The position numbers and the translations under genes are program-made. Below are positions 1-15,000 of a stretch of 64,000 bases of DNA, one piece after another (the first letter of the stretch is position 1; every line of letters begins with the position of its first letter). The DNA is from Eledone cirrhosa (taxonomy: Eukaryota). The DNA is taken from NCBI GenBank assembly GCA_964016885.1, contig OZ024748.1:26536001-26600000 (forward strand), given 5' to 3'. The notes beneath the pieces are model-generated. The model was not told where the DNA came from and ran no database searches. It was given only the letters and a program-made list of their open reading frames with translations.

Positions 1-3000
1 AACTGAAACAACAGTTGTTTCTTCTACTGAACAAACCTCTATAACACCTACAGATGAACTCACTAGTATTGAATATACTACTGAGACAGCAACTGAAAAA
101 CCACTACCTATCAAGAGACCTACAAGCACAGCAGAAAAGATCACTGAAACTAGAACAGACACAACAGCAACAACATCACAGCTTCCTTCAACAAGTGAAA
201 TCCATATAGAAACTCCTAAATCTACTTCTGAACTGCCTCATACAACTGACATTGAAACAAGTACAGTGGAAAGAACAACACAAATTACAGATATTGAAAC
301 TGAGCGCTCAACTCGGACAGAAATTACATCACAACTAACAAGTTCTCCTGAAGAAACAACTCTGTCTACTCAGGTAGAGGACATTGAAAAGGTGACACCA
401 ACACCAGTTGCTAGCACAAAGCATACATCACCTGAAACAACAGTAGTTTCATCTCCTGAACACACCTCTATAACACCTACAGATGAACTCACTCGTATTG
501 AATATACTATTGAGACATCAACTAAAAAATCACTACCTATGACAACACCTACCAGCACAGCAGAAAAGATCACTGAAACTATTACAGACACAACAGCAAC
601 AACACCACAGCTTTCTCCAACAAGCGAAATCCATATAGAAACTCCAAAATCTACTTCTCAACTTCCTTATACAACTGACATTGAAACAAGTACAGTGGGA
701 AGAACAACACAAATTACAGATATTGAAACTGAGCGCACAACTGAGACAGAACGTACACCACAACTAACAACATCTCCTGAAGAAACAACTCTGTCTACTG
801 AGGTGGAGGACATCGAAAAGGTGACACCAACACAAGTTGCTAGCACAATGCATACATCACCTAAAACAACAGTTGTTTCATCTACTGAACACACCTCTCT
901 AACATCATCTACAGAGGAACTCACTAGTATAAAATATACTCCTGAGACATCAACTGAAAAGTCACTACCTATCAAGACACCTACAAGCACAGCAGAAAAG
1001 ATCACTGAAACTATAACAGACACAACAGCAACAACATCACAGCTTCCTTCAACAAGTGAAATCCATATAGAAACTCCTAAATCTACTTCTGAACTTCCTT
1101 ATACAACTGACATTGAAACAAGTACAGTGGAAAGAACAACACAAATTACAGATATTGAAACTGAGCACACAACTCAGACAGAAATTACACCACAACTAAC
1201 AACATCTCCTGAAGAAACAACACTGTCTACTCAGGTAGAGGACATCGAAAAGGTGACACCAACACAAGTTGCTAACACAATACATACATCCCCTGAAACA
1301 ACAGTTGTTTCATCTCCTGAACACACCTCTATAACACCTACAGATGAACTTACTAGTATTGAATATACAACTGAGACATCAACTAAAAAACCACTACCTA
1401 TCAAGACACCTACAAGCACAGCTGAAATGATCACTGAAACTATTACAGACACAACAGCAACAACATCACAGCTTCCTTCAACAAGTGAAATCCATATAGA
1501 AACTCCAAAATCTACTTCTCAAATTCCTTATACAACTGACATTGAAACAAGGACAGTGGAAAGAACAACACAAATTACAGATATTGAAACTGAGCACACA
1601 ACTCAGACAGAAATTACACCACAACTAACAACATCTCCTGAAGAAACAACACTGTCTACACAGGTACAGGACATCGAAAAGGTGACACAAACACAAGTTG
1701 CTACCACAAAGCATACGTCACCTGAAATAACAGTAGTTTCATCTCCAGAACACACCTCTATAACACCTACAGATGAACTTACTATTATTGAATATAAAAC
1801 TGAGACATCAACTGAAAAACCACTACCTATCAAGACAGCTACAAGCACAGCAGAAAAGATCACTGAAACTAGAACAGACACAACAGCAACAACATTACAG
1901 CTTCCTTCAACAAGTGAAATCCATATAGAAACTCCTAAATCTACTTCTGAACTGCCTCATATAAGTGACATTGAAACAAGTACAGTGGAAAGAACAACAC
2001 AAATTACAGATATTGAAACTGAGCGCACAACTCACACAGAAATTACACCACAAATAACAACATCTCCTGAAGAAACAACACTGTCTACTCAGATAGAGGA
2101 CATCGAAAAGGTGACACCAACACCAGTTGCTAGCACAAAGCATACATCACCTGAAAGAACAGTTGTTTCATCTCCTGTACAAACCTCTATAACACCTACA
2201 GATGAGCTTACTATTATTGAATATACAACTGAGACATCAACTGAAAAACCACTACCTATGACAACACCTTCAAGCACAGCAGAAAAGATCACTGAAACTA
2301 TTACAGACACAACAGCAACAACATCACAGCTTCCTTCAACAAGTGAAATCCATATAGAAACTCCAAAATCTACTTCTCAGCTTCCTTATACAACTGACAT
2401 TGAAACAAGTACAGTGGAAAGAACAACACAAATTACAGATATTGAAACTGAACGCACAACTCGGACAGAGATTACATCACAACTAACAACATCTCCTGAA
2501 GAAACGACTCTGTCTACTCAGGTAGAGGACATCGAAAAGGTGACAGCAACACAAGTTGCTAGCACAATGCATACATCACCTGAAACAACAGTTGTTTCAT
2601 CTACTGAACACACCTCTCTAACACCATCTACAGAGGAACTCACTAGTATAAAATATACTCCTGAGACATCAACTGAAAAATCACTACCCATGACAACACC
2701 TACAAGCACAGCTGAAAAGATTACTGAAACTAGGACAAACACAACAGCAACAACATCACAGCTTCCTTCAACAAGTGAAATCCATATAGAAACTCCTAAA
2801 TCTACTTCTGAACTGCCTCATATAACTGACATTGAAACAAGTACAGTGGAAAGAACAACACAAATTACAGATATTGAAACTGAGCGCACAACGCAGACAG
2901 AAATTACACCACAACTAACAACATCTCCTGAAGAAACAACACTGTCTACACAGGTACAGGACTTCGAAAAGGTGACACAAACACAAGTTGCTACCACAAA

Positions 3001-6000
3001 GCATACGTCACCTGAAATAACAGTAGTTTCATCTCCTGAACAAACCTCTATAACACCTACAGATGAACTTACTAGTATTGAATATACAACTGAGACATCA
3101 ACTGAAAAACCACTACCTATCAAGACACCTACAAGCACAGCAGAAAAGATCACTGAAACTACAACAGACACAACAGCAACAACATCACAGCTTCCTTCAA
3201 CAAGTGAAATTCATATAGAAACTCCAAAATCTACTTCTCAACTTCCTTATACAACTGACATTGAAACAAGTACAGTGGAAAGAACAACACTAATTACAGA
3301 TATTGAAACTGAGCGCACAACTCAGACAGAAATTACACCACAACAAACAACATCTCCTGAAGAAACAACTCTGTCTACTCAGGTAGAGGACATCGAAAAG
3401 GTGACACCAACACAAGTTGCTAGCACAATGCATACATCACCTGAAACAACAGTTGTTTCATCTACTAAACACACCTCTCTAACACCATCTACAGAGGAAC
3501 TCACTAGTATAAAATATACTCCTGAGACATCAACTGAAAAATCACTACCCATGACAACACCTACAAGCACAGCTGAAAAGATCACTGAAACTATTACAGA
3601 CACAACAGCAACAACATCACAGCTTCCTTCAACAAGTGAAATCCATATAGAAACTCCAAAATCTACTTCTCAACTTCCTTATACAACTGACATTGAAACA
3701 AGTACAGTGGAAAGAACAACACAAATTACAGATATTGAAACTGAGCGCACAACTCAACCACAACTAACATCTCCTGAAGAAACAACTCTTTCTACTGAGG
3801 TAGAGGACATCGAAAAGGTGACACCAACGCCAATTGCTAGCACAAAGCATACATCACCTGAAACAACAGTAGTTTCATCTCCTGAACAAACCTCTATAAC
3901 ACCTACAGATGAACTTACTAGTATTGAATATACAACTGAGACATCAACTGAAAAACCACTAGCTACGACAACACCTACAAGCACAGCAGAAAAGATCACT
4001 GAAACTATTACAGACACAACAGCAACAACATCACAGCTTCCTTCAACAAGTGAAATCCATATAGAAACTCCAAAATCTACTTCTCAACTTCCTTATACAA
4101 CTGACATTGAAACAAGTACAGTGGAAAGAACAACACAGATTACAGATATTGAAACTGAGCGCACAACTCAGACAGAAATTACACCACAACTAACAACATC
4201 TCCTGAAGAAAGAACTCTTTCTACTGAGGTAGAGGACATCGAAAAGGTGACACCAACGCCAATTGCTAGCACAAAGCATACATCACCTGAAACAACAGTA
4301 GTTTCATCTCCTGAACAAACCTCTATAACACCTACAGATGAACTTACTAGTATTGAATATACAACTGAGACATCAACTGAAAAACCACTACCTATCAAGA
4401 CACCTACAAGCACAGCAGAAAAGATCACTGAAACTACAACAGACACAACAGCAACAACATCACAGCTTCCTTCAACAAGTGAAATCCATATAGAAACTCC
4501 TAAATCTACTTCTGAACTGCCTCATATAAGTGACATTGAAACAAGTACAGTGGAAAGAACAACACAAATTACAGATATTGAAACTGAGCGCACAACTCAC
4601 ACAGAAATTACACCACAACTAACAACATCTCCTGAAGAAACAACATTGTCTACTCAGATAGAGGACATCGAAAAGGTGACACCAACACCAGTTGCTAGCA
4701 CAAAGCATACATCACCTGAAAGAACAGTTGTTTCATCTCCTGTACAAACCTCTATAACACCTACAGGTGAACTCACTAGAATAGAATATACATCAGAGAC
4801 ATCAACTGAAAAATCACTACCTATGACAACACCTTCAAGCACAGCAGAAAAGATCACTGAAACTATTACAGACACAACAGCAACAACATCACAGCTTCCT
4901 TCAACAAGTGAAATCCATATAGAAACTCCAAAATCTACTTCTCAACTTCCTTATACATCTGACATTGAAACAAGTACAGTGGAAAGAACAACACAAATTA
5001 CAGATATTGAAACTGAACGCACAACTCAGACAGAAATTACATCACAACTAACAACATCTCCTGAAGAAACGACTCTGTCTACTCAGGTAGAGGACATCGA
5101 AAAGGTGACACCAACACAAGTTGCTAGCACAATGCATACATCACCTGAAACAACAGTTGTTTCATCTACTGAACACACCTCTCTAACACCATCTACAGAG
5201 GAACTCACTAGTATAAAATATACTCCTGAGACATCAACTGAAAAATCACTACCCATGACAACACCTACAAGCACAGCTGAAAAGATCACTGAAACTAGGA
5301 CAAACACAACAGCAACAACATCACAGCTTCCTTCAACAAGTGAAATCCATATAGAAACTCCTAAATCTACTTCTGAACTGCCTCATATAACTGACATTGA
5401 AACAAGTACAGTGGAAAGAACAACACAAATTACAGATATTGAAACTGAGCGCACAACTCAACCACAACTAACATCTCCTGAAGAAACAACTCTTTCTACT
5501 GAGGTAGAGGACATCGAAAAGGTGACACCAACGCCAATTGCTAGCACAAAGCATACATCACCTGAAACAACAGTAGTTTCATCTCCTGAACAAACCTCTA
5601 TAACACCTACAGATGAACTCACTAGAATAGAATATACATCAGAGACATCAACTGAAAAATCACTACCTATGACAACACCTTCAAGCACAGCAGAAAAGAT
5701 CACTGAAACTATTACAGACACAACAGCAACAACATCACAGCTTCCTTCAACAAGTGAAATCCATATAGAAACTCCAAAATCTACTTCTCAACTTCCTTAT
5801 ACAACTGACATTGAAACAAGGACAGTGGAAAGAACAACACAAATTACAGATATTGAAACTGAGCACACAACTCAGACAGAAATTACACCACAACTAACAA
5901 CATCTCCTGAAGAAACAACACTGTCTACACAGGTACAGGACTTCGAAAAGGTGACACAAACACAAGTTGCTACCACAAAGCATACGTCACCTGAAATAAC

Positions 6001-9000
6001 AGTAGTTTCATCTCCTGAACAAACCTCTATAACACCTACAGATGAACTTACTAGTATTGAATATACAACTGAGACATCAACTGAAAAACCACTACCTATC
6101 AAGACACCTACAAGCACAGCAGAAAAGATCACTGAAACTACAACAGACACAACAGCAACAACATCACAGCTTCCTTCAACAAGTGAAATTCATATAGAAA
6201 CTCCAAAATCTACTTCTCAACTTCCTTATACAACTGACATTGAAACAAGTACAGTGGAAAGAACAACACTAATTACAGATATTGAAACTGAGCGCACAAC
6301 TCAGACAGAAATTACACCACAACAAACAACATCTCCTGAAGAAACAACTCTGTCTACTCAGGTAGAGGACATCGAAAAGGTGACACCAACACAAGTTGCT
6401 AGCACAATGCATACATCACCTGAAACAACAGTTGTTTCATTTACTAAACACACCTCTCTAACACTATCTACAGAGGAACTCACTAGTATAAAATATACTC
6501 CTGAGACATCAACTGAAAAATCACTACCCATGACAACACCTACAAGCACAGCTGAAAAGATCACTGAAACTATTACAGACACAACAGCAACAACATCACA
6601 GCTTCCTTCAACAAGTGAAATCCATATAGAAACTCCAAAATCTACTTCTCAACTTCCTTATACAACTGACATTGAAACAAGTACAGTGGAAAGAACAACA
6701 CAAATTACAGATATTGAAACTGAGCGCACAACTCAACCACAACTAACATCTCCTGAAGAAACAACTCTTTCTACTGAGGTAGAGGACATCGAAAAGGTGA
6801 CACCAACGCCAATTGCTAGCACAAAGCATACATCACCTGAAACAACAGTAGTTTCATCTCCTGAACAAACCTCTATAACACCTACAGATGAACTTACTAG
6901 TATTGAATATACAACTGAGACATCAACTGAAAAACCACTAGCTACGACAACACCTACAAGCACAGCAGAAAAGATCACTGAAACTATTACAGACACAACA
7001 GCAACAACATCACAGCTTCCTTCAACAAGTGAAATCCATATAGAAACTCCAAAATCTACTTCTCAACTTCCTTATACAACTGACATTGAAACAAGTACAG
7101 TGGAAAGAACAACACAGATTACATATATTGAAACTGAGCGCACAACTCAGACAGAAATTACACCACAACTAACAACATCTCCTGAAGAAAGAACTCTTTC
7201 TACTGAGGTAGAGGACATCGAAAAGGTGACACCAACGCCAATTGCTAGCACAAAGCATACATCACCTGAAACAACAGTAGTTTCATCTCCTGAACAAACC
7301 TCTATAACACCTACAGATGAACTTACTAGTATTGAATATACAACTGAGACATCAACTGAAAAACCACTACCTATCAAGACACCTACAAGCACAGCAGAAA
7401 AGATCACTGAAACTACAACAGACACAACAGCAACAACATCACAGCTTCCTTCAACAAGTGAAATTCATATAGAAACTCCTAAATCTACTTCTGAACTGCC
7501 TCATATAACTGACATTGAAACAAGTACAGTGGAAAGAACAACACAAATTACAGATATTGAAACTGAGCGCACAACTCAGACAGAACTTACACCACAACAA
7601 ACAACATCTCCTGAAGAAAAAACTCTGTCTACTCAGGTAGAGGACATCGAAAAGGTGACACCAACGCCAATTGCTAGCACAAAGCATACATCACCTGAAA
7701 CAACAGTAGTTTCATCTCCTGAACAAACCTCTATAACACCTACAGATGAACTTACTAGTATTGAATATACAACTGAGACATCAACTGAAAAACCACTACC
7801 TATAAAGACACCTACAAGCACAGCAGAAAAGATCACTGAAACTATTACAGACACAACAGCAACAACATCACAGCTTCCTTCAACAAGTGAAATCCATATA
7901 GAAACTCCAAAATCTACTTCTCAACTTCCTTATACAACTGACATTGAAACAAGTACAGTGGAAAGAACAACACAGATTACAGATATTGAAACTGAGCGCA
8001 CAACTCAGACAGAAATTACACCACAACTAACAACATCTCCTGAAGAAACAACTCTGTCTACTCAGGTAGAGGACATCGAAAAGGTGACACCAACGCCAAT
8101 TGCTAGCACAAAGCATACATCACCTGAAACAACAGTAGTTTCATCTCCTGAACAAACCTCTATAACACCTACAGATGAGCTTACTATTATTGAATATACA
8201 ACTGAGACATCAACTGAAAAACCACTACCTTTCAAGACACCTACAAGCACAGCAGAAAAGATCACTGAAACTACAACAGACACAACAGCAACAACATCAC
8301 AGCTTCCTTCAACAAGTGAAATTCATATAGAAACTCCTAAATCTACTTCTGAACTGCCTCATACAACTGACATTGAAACAAGTACAGTGGAAAGAACAAC
8401 ACAAATTACAGATATTGAAACTGAGCGCACAACTCAGACAGAAATTACATCACAACTAACAACATCTCCTGAAGAAACAACTCTGTCTACTCAGGTAGAG
8501 GACATCGAAAAGGTGACACCAACACAAGTTGCTAGCACAATGCATACATCACCTGAAACAACAGTTCTTTCATCTCCAGAACACACCTCTATAACACCTA
8601 CAGATGAACTTACTAGTATTGAATATAAAACTGAGACATCAACTGAAAAACCACTACCTATGACAACACCTACAAGCACAGCTGAAAAGATCACTGAAAC
8701 TATTACAGACACACCAGCAACAACATCACAGTTTCCTTCAACAAGTGAAATCCATATAGAAACTCCTAAATCTACTTCTGAACTGCCTCATATAACTGAC
8801 ATTGAAACAAGTACAGTGGAAAGAACAACACAAATTACAGATATTGAAACTGAGCGCACAACTCAACCACAACTAACATCTCCTGAAGAAACAACTCTTT
8901 CTACTGAGGTAGAGGACATCGAAAAGGTGACACCAACGCCAATTGCTAGCACAAAGCATACATCACCTGAAACAACAGTAGTTTCATCTCCTGAACAAAC

Positions 9001-12000
9001 CTCTATAACACCTACAGATGAACTTACAAGTATTGAATATACAACTGAGACATCAACTGAAAAACCACTACCTATCAAGACACCTACAAGCACAGCAGAA
9101 AAGATCACTGAAACTATTACAGACACAACAGCAACAACATCACAGCTTCCTTCAACAAGTGAAATCCATATAGAAACTCCAAAATCTACTTCTCAACTTC
9201 CTTATACAACTGACATTGAAATAAGTACAGTGAAAAGAACAACACAAATTACAGATATTGAAACTGAACGCACAACTGAGATAGAACTTACACCACAACA
9301 AACAACATCTCCTGAAGAAACAACTCTTTCTACTGAGGTAGAGGACATTGAAAAGGTGACACCAACGCCAATTGCTAGCACAAAGCATACATCACCTGAA
9401 ACAACAGTAGTTTCATCTCCTGAACAAACCTCTATAACACCTACAGATGAACTTACTAGTATTGAATATACAACTGAGACATCAACTGAAAAACCACTAC
9501 CTATCAAGACACCTACAAGCACAGCAGAAAAGATCACTGAAACTATTACAGACACAACAGCAACAACATCACAGCTTCCTTCAACAAGTGAAATCCATAT
9601 AGAAACTCCAAAATCTACTTCTCAACTTCCTTATACAACTGACATTGAAACAAGTACAGTGGAAAGAACAACACAAATTACAGATATTGAAACTCAGCGC
9701 ACAACTGAGACAGAACTTACACCACAACTAACAACATCTCCTGAAGAAACAACTCTGTCTACTCAGGTAGAGGACATCGAAAAGGTGACACCAACACAAG
9801 TTGCTAGCACAATGCATACATCACCTGAAACAACAGTTGTTTCATCTACTGAACACACCTCTCTAACACCATCTACAGAGGAACTCACTAGTATGAAATA
9901 TACTCCTGAGACATCAACTGAAAAATCACTACCCATGACAACACCTACAAGCACAGCTGAAAAGATCACTGAAACTATTACAGACACAACAGCAACAACA
10001 TCACAGCTTCCTTCAACAAGTGAAATCCATATAGAAACTCCTAAATCTACTTCTGAACTGCCTCATATAAGTGACATTGAAACAAGTACAGTGGAAAGAA
10101 CAACACAAATTACAGATATTGAAACTGAGCGCACAACTCACACAGAAATTACACCACAACTAACAACATCTCCTGAAGAAACAACATTGTCTACTCAGAT
10201 AGAGGACATCGAAAAGGTGACACCAACACCAGTTGCTAGCACAAAGCATACATCACCTGAAAGAACAGTTGTTTCATCTCCTGTACAAACCTCTATAACA
10301 CCTACAGGTGAACTCACTAGAATAGAATATACATCAGAGACATCAACTGAAAAATCACTACCCATGACAACACCTACAAGCACAGCTGAAAAGATCACTG
10401 AAACTAGGACAAACACAACAGCAACAACATCACGGCTTCCTTCAACAAGTGAAATCCATATAGAAACTCCTAAATCTACTTCTGAACTGCCTCATATAAC
10501 TGACATTGAAACAAGTACAGTGGAAAGAACAACACAAATTACAGATATTGAAACTGAGCGCACAACTCAACCACAACTAACATCTCCTGAAGAAACAACT
10601 CTTTCTACTGAAGTAGAGGACATCGAAAAGGTGACACCAACACAAGTTGCTAGCACAATGCATACATCACCTGAAACAACAGTAGTTTCATCTCCTGAAC
10701 AAACCTCTATAACACCTACAGATGAACTTACTAGTATTGAATATACAACTGAGACATCAACTGAAAAACCACTACCTATGACAACACCTACAAGCACAGC
10801 AGAAAAGATCACTGAAACTATTACAGACACAACAGCAACAACATCACAGCTTCCTTCAACAAGTGAAATCCATATAGAAACTCCAAAATCTACTTCTCAA
10901 CTTCCTTATACAACTGACATTGAAACAAGTACAGTGGAAAGAACAACACAGATTACAGATATTGAAACTGAGCGCACAACTCAGACAGAAATTACACCAC
11001 AACTAACAACATCTCCTGAAGAAACAACTCTGTCTACTGAGGTAGAGGACATCGAAAAGGTGACACCAACGCCAATTGCTAGCACAAAGCATACATCACC
11101 TGAAACAACAGTAGTTTCATCTCCTGAACAAACCTCTATAACACCTACAGATGAACTTACTAGTATTGAATATACAACTGAGACATCAACTGAAAAACCA
11201 CTACCTATCAAGACACCTACAAGCACAGCAGAAAAGATCACTGAAACTACAACAGACACAACAGCAACAACATCACAGCTTTCTTCAACAAGTGAAATTC
11301 ATATAGAAACTCCTAAATCTACTTCTGAACTGCCTCATATAACTGACATTGAAACAAGTACAGTGGAAAGAACAACACAAATTACAGATATTGAAACTGA
11401 GCGCACAACTCAGACAGAACTTACACCACAACAAACAACATCTCCTGAAGAAACAACTCTGTCTACTCAGGTAGAGGCCATCGAAAAGGTGACACCAACA
11501 CAAGTTGCTAGCACAATGCATACATCACCTGAAACAACAGTTGTTTCATCTACTGAACACACCTCTCTAACACCATCTACAGAGGAACTCACTAGTATAA
11601 AATATACTCCTGAGACATCAACTGAAAAATCACTACCCATGACAACACCTACAAGCATAGCTGAAAAGATCACTGAAACTATTACAGACACAACAGCAAC
11701 AACATCACAGCTTCCTTCAACAAGTGAAATCCATATAGAAACTCCTAAATCTACTTCTGAACTGCCTCATATAAGTGACATTGAAACAAGTACAGTGGAA
11801 AGAACAACACAAATTACAGATATTGAAACTGAGCGCACAACTCACACAGAAATTACACCACAACTAACAACATCTCCTGAAGAAACAACATTGTCTACTC
11901 AGATAGAGGACATCGAAAAGGTGACACCAACACCAGTTGCTAGCACAAAGCATACATCACCTGAAAGAACAGTTGTTTCATCTCCTGTACAAACCTCTAT

Positions 12001-15000
12001 AACACCTACAGGTGAACTCACTAGAATAGAATATACATCAGAGACATCAACTGAAAAATCACTACCTATGACAACACCTTCAAGCACAGCAGAAAAGATC
12101 ACTGAAACTATTACAGACACAACAGCAACAACATCACAGCTTCCTTCAACAAGTGAAATCCATATAGAAACTCCAAAATCTACTTCTCAACTTCCTTATA
12201 CAACTGACATTGAAACAAGTACAGTGGAAAGAACAACACAAATTACAGATATTGAAACTGAACGCACAACTCAGACAGAAATTACATCACAACTAACAAC
12301 ATCTCCTGAAGAAACGACTCTGTCTACTCAGGTAGAGGACATCGAAAAGGTGACACCAACACAAGTTGCTAGCACAATGCATACATCACCTGAAACAACA
12401 GTTGTTTCATCTACTGAACACACCTCTCTAACACCATCTACAGAGGAACTCACTAGTATAAAATATACTCCTGAGACATCAACTGAAAAATCACTACCCA
12501 TGACAACACCTACAAGCACAGCTGAAAAGATCACTGAAACTAGGACAAACACAACAGCAACAACATCACAGCTTCCTTCAACAAGTGAAATCCATATAGA
12601 AACTCCTAAATCTACTTCTGAACTGCCTCATATAACTGACATTGAAACAAGTACAGTGGAAAGAACAACACAAATGACAGATATTGAAACTGAGCGCACA
12701 ACTCAGACAGAAATTACACCACAACTAACAACATCTCCTGAAGAAACAACTCTGTCTACTCAGGTAGAGGACATCGAAAAGGTGACACCAAAACAAGTTG
12801 CTAGCACAATGGTTACATCACCTGAAACAACAGTTGTTTCATCTCCTGAACACACCTCTATAACACCATCTACACACGAACTTACTAGTATTGAATATAC
12901 AACTGAGACATCAACTGAAAAACCACTACCTATCAAGACACCTACAAGCACAGCAGAAAAGATCACTGAAACTACAACAGACACAACAGCAACAACATCA
13001 CAGCTTCCTTCAACAAGTGAAATCCATATAGAAACTCCTAAATCTACTTCTGAACTGCCTCATATAACTGACATTGAAACAAGTACAGTGGAAAGAACAA
13101 CACAAATTACAGATATTGAAACTGAGCGCACAACTCAGACAGAACTTACACCACAACAAACAACATCTCCTGAAGAAACAACTCTGTCTACTCAGGTAGA
13201 GGACATCGAAAAGGTGACACCAACGCCAATTGCTAGCACAAAGCATACATCACCTGAAACAACAGTAGTTTCATCTCCTGAACAAACCTCTATAACACCT
13301 ACAGATGAACTTACTAGTATTGAATATACAACTGAGACATCAACTGAAAAACCACTACCTATCAAGACACCTACAAGCACAGCAGAAAAGATCACTGAAA
13401 CTATTACAGACACAACAGCAACAACATCACAGCTTCCTTCAACAAGTGAAATCCATATAGAAACTCCAAAATCTACTTCTCAACTTCCTTATACAACTGA
13501 CATTGAAACAAGTACAGTGGAAAGAACAACACAAATTACAGATATTGAAACTGAGCGCACAACTCAGACAGAAATTACACCACAACTAACAACATCTCCT
13601 GAAGAAACAACTCTGTTTACTCAGGTAGAGGACATCGAAAAGGTGACACCAACACAAGTTGCTAGCACTATGCATACATCACCTGAAACAACAGTTGTTT
13701 CATCTACTGAACACACCTCTCTAACACCATCTACAGAGGAACTCACTAGTATAAAATATACTCCTGAGACATCAACTGAAAAATCACTACCCATGACAAC
13801 ACCTACAAGCACAGCTGAAAAGATCACTGAAACTAGGACAGACACAACAGCAACAACATCACAGCTTCCTTCAACAAGTGAAATCCATATAGAAACTCCT
13901 AAATCTACTTCTCAACTTCCTTATACAACTGACATTGAAACAAGTACAGTGGAAAGAACAACACAAATTACAGATATTGAAACTGAGCACACAACTCAGA
14001 CAGAAATTACACCACAACTAACATCTGAAGAAACAACACTGTCTACACAGGTAGAGGACATCGAAAAGGTGACACCAAAACAAGTTGCTAGCACAATGGT
14101 TACATCACCTGAAACAACAGTTGTTTCATCTCCTGAACACACCTCTATAACACCATCTACACACGAACTTACTAGTATTGAATATACAACTGAGACATTA
14201 ACTGAAAAACCACTACCTATCAAGACACCTACAAGCACAGCTGAAAAGATCACTGAAACTATTACAGACACAACAGCAACAACATCACAGTTTCCTTCAA
14301 CAAGTGAAATCCATATAGAAACTCCTAAATCTACTTCTGAACTGCCTCATATAACTGACATTGAAACAAGTGCAGTGGAAAGAACAACACAAATTACAGA
14401 TATTGAAACTGAACGCACAACTGAGACAGAACTTACACCACAACAAACAACATCTCCTGGAGAAACAACTCTGTCTACTGAGGTAGAGGACATCGAAAAG
14501 GTGACACCAACGCCAATTGCTAGCACAAAGCATACATCACCTGAAACAACAGTAGTTTCATCTCCTGAACAAACCTCTATAACACCTACAGATGAACTTA
14601 CTAGTATTGAATATACAACTGAGACATCAACTGAAAAACCACTACCTATCAAGACACCTACAAGCACAGCAGAAAAGATCACTGAAACTACAACAGACAC
14701 AACAGCAACAACATCACAGCTTCCTTCAACAAGTGAAATTCATATAGAACCTCCTAAATCTACTTCTGAACTGCCTCATATAACTGACATTGAAACAAGT
14801 ACAGTGGAAAGAACAACACAAATTACAGATATTGAAACTGAGCGCACAACTCAGACAGAACTTACACCACAACAAACAACATCTCCTGAAGAAACAACTC
14901 TTTCTACTCAGATAGAGGACATCGAAAAGGTGACACCAACACCAGTTGCTAGCACAAAGCATACATCACCTGAAAGAACAGTTGTTTCATCTCCTGTACA

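Noticed and set aside
266-268. Start codon of the 5819-aa ORF
   Set aside because: It is a GTG (Val) inside a repeat unit, and the frame is open to the window edge.
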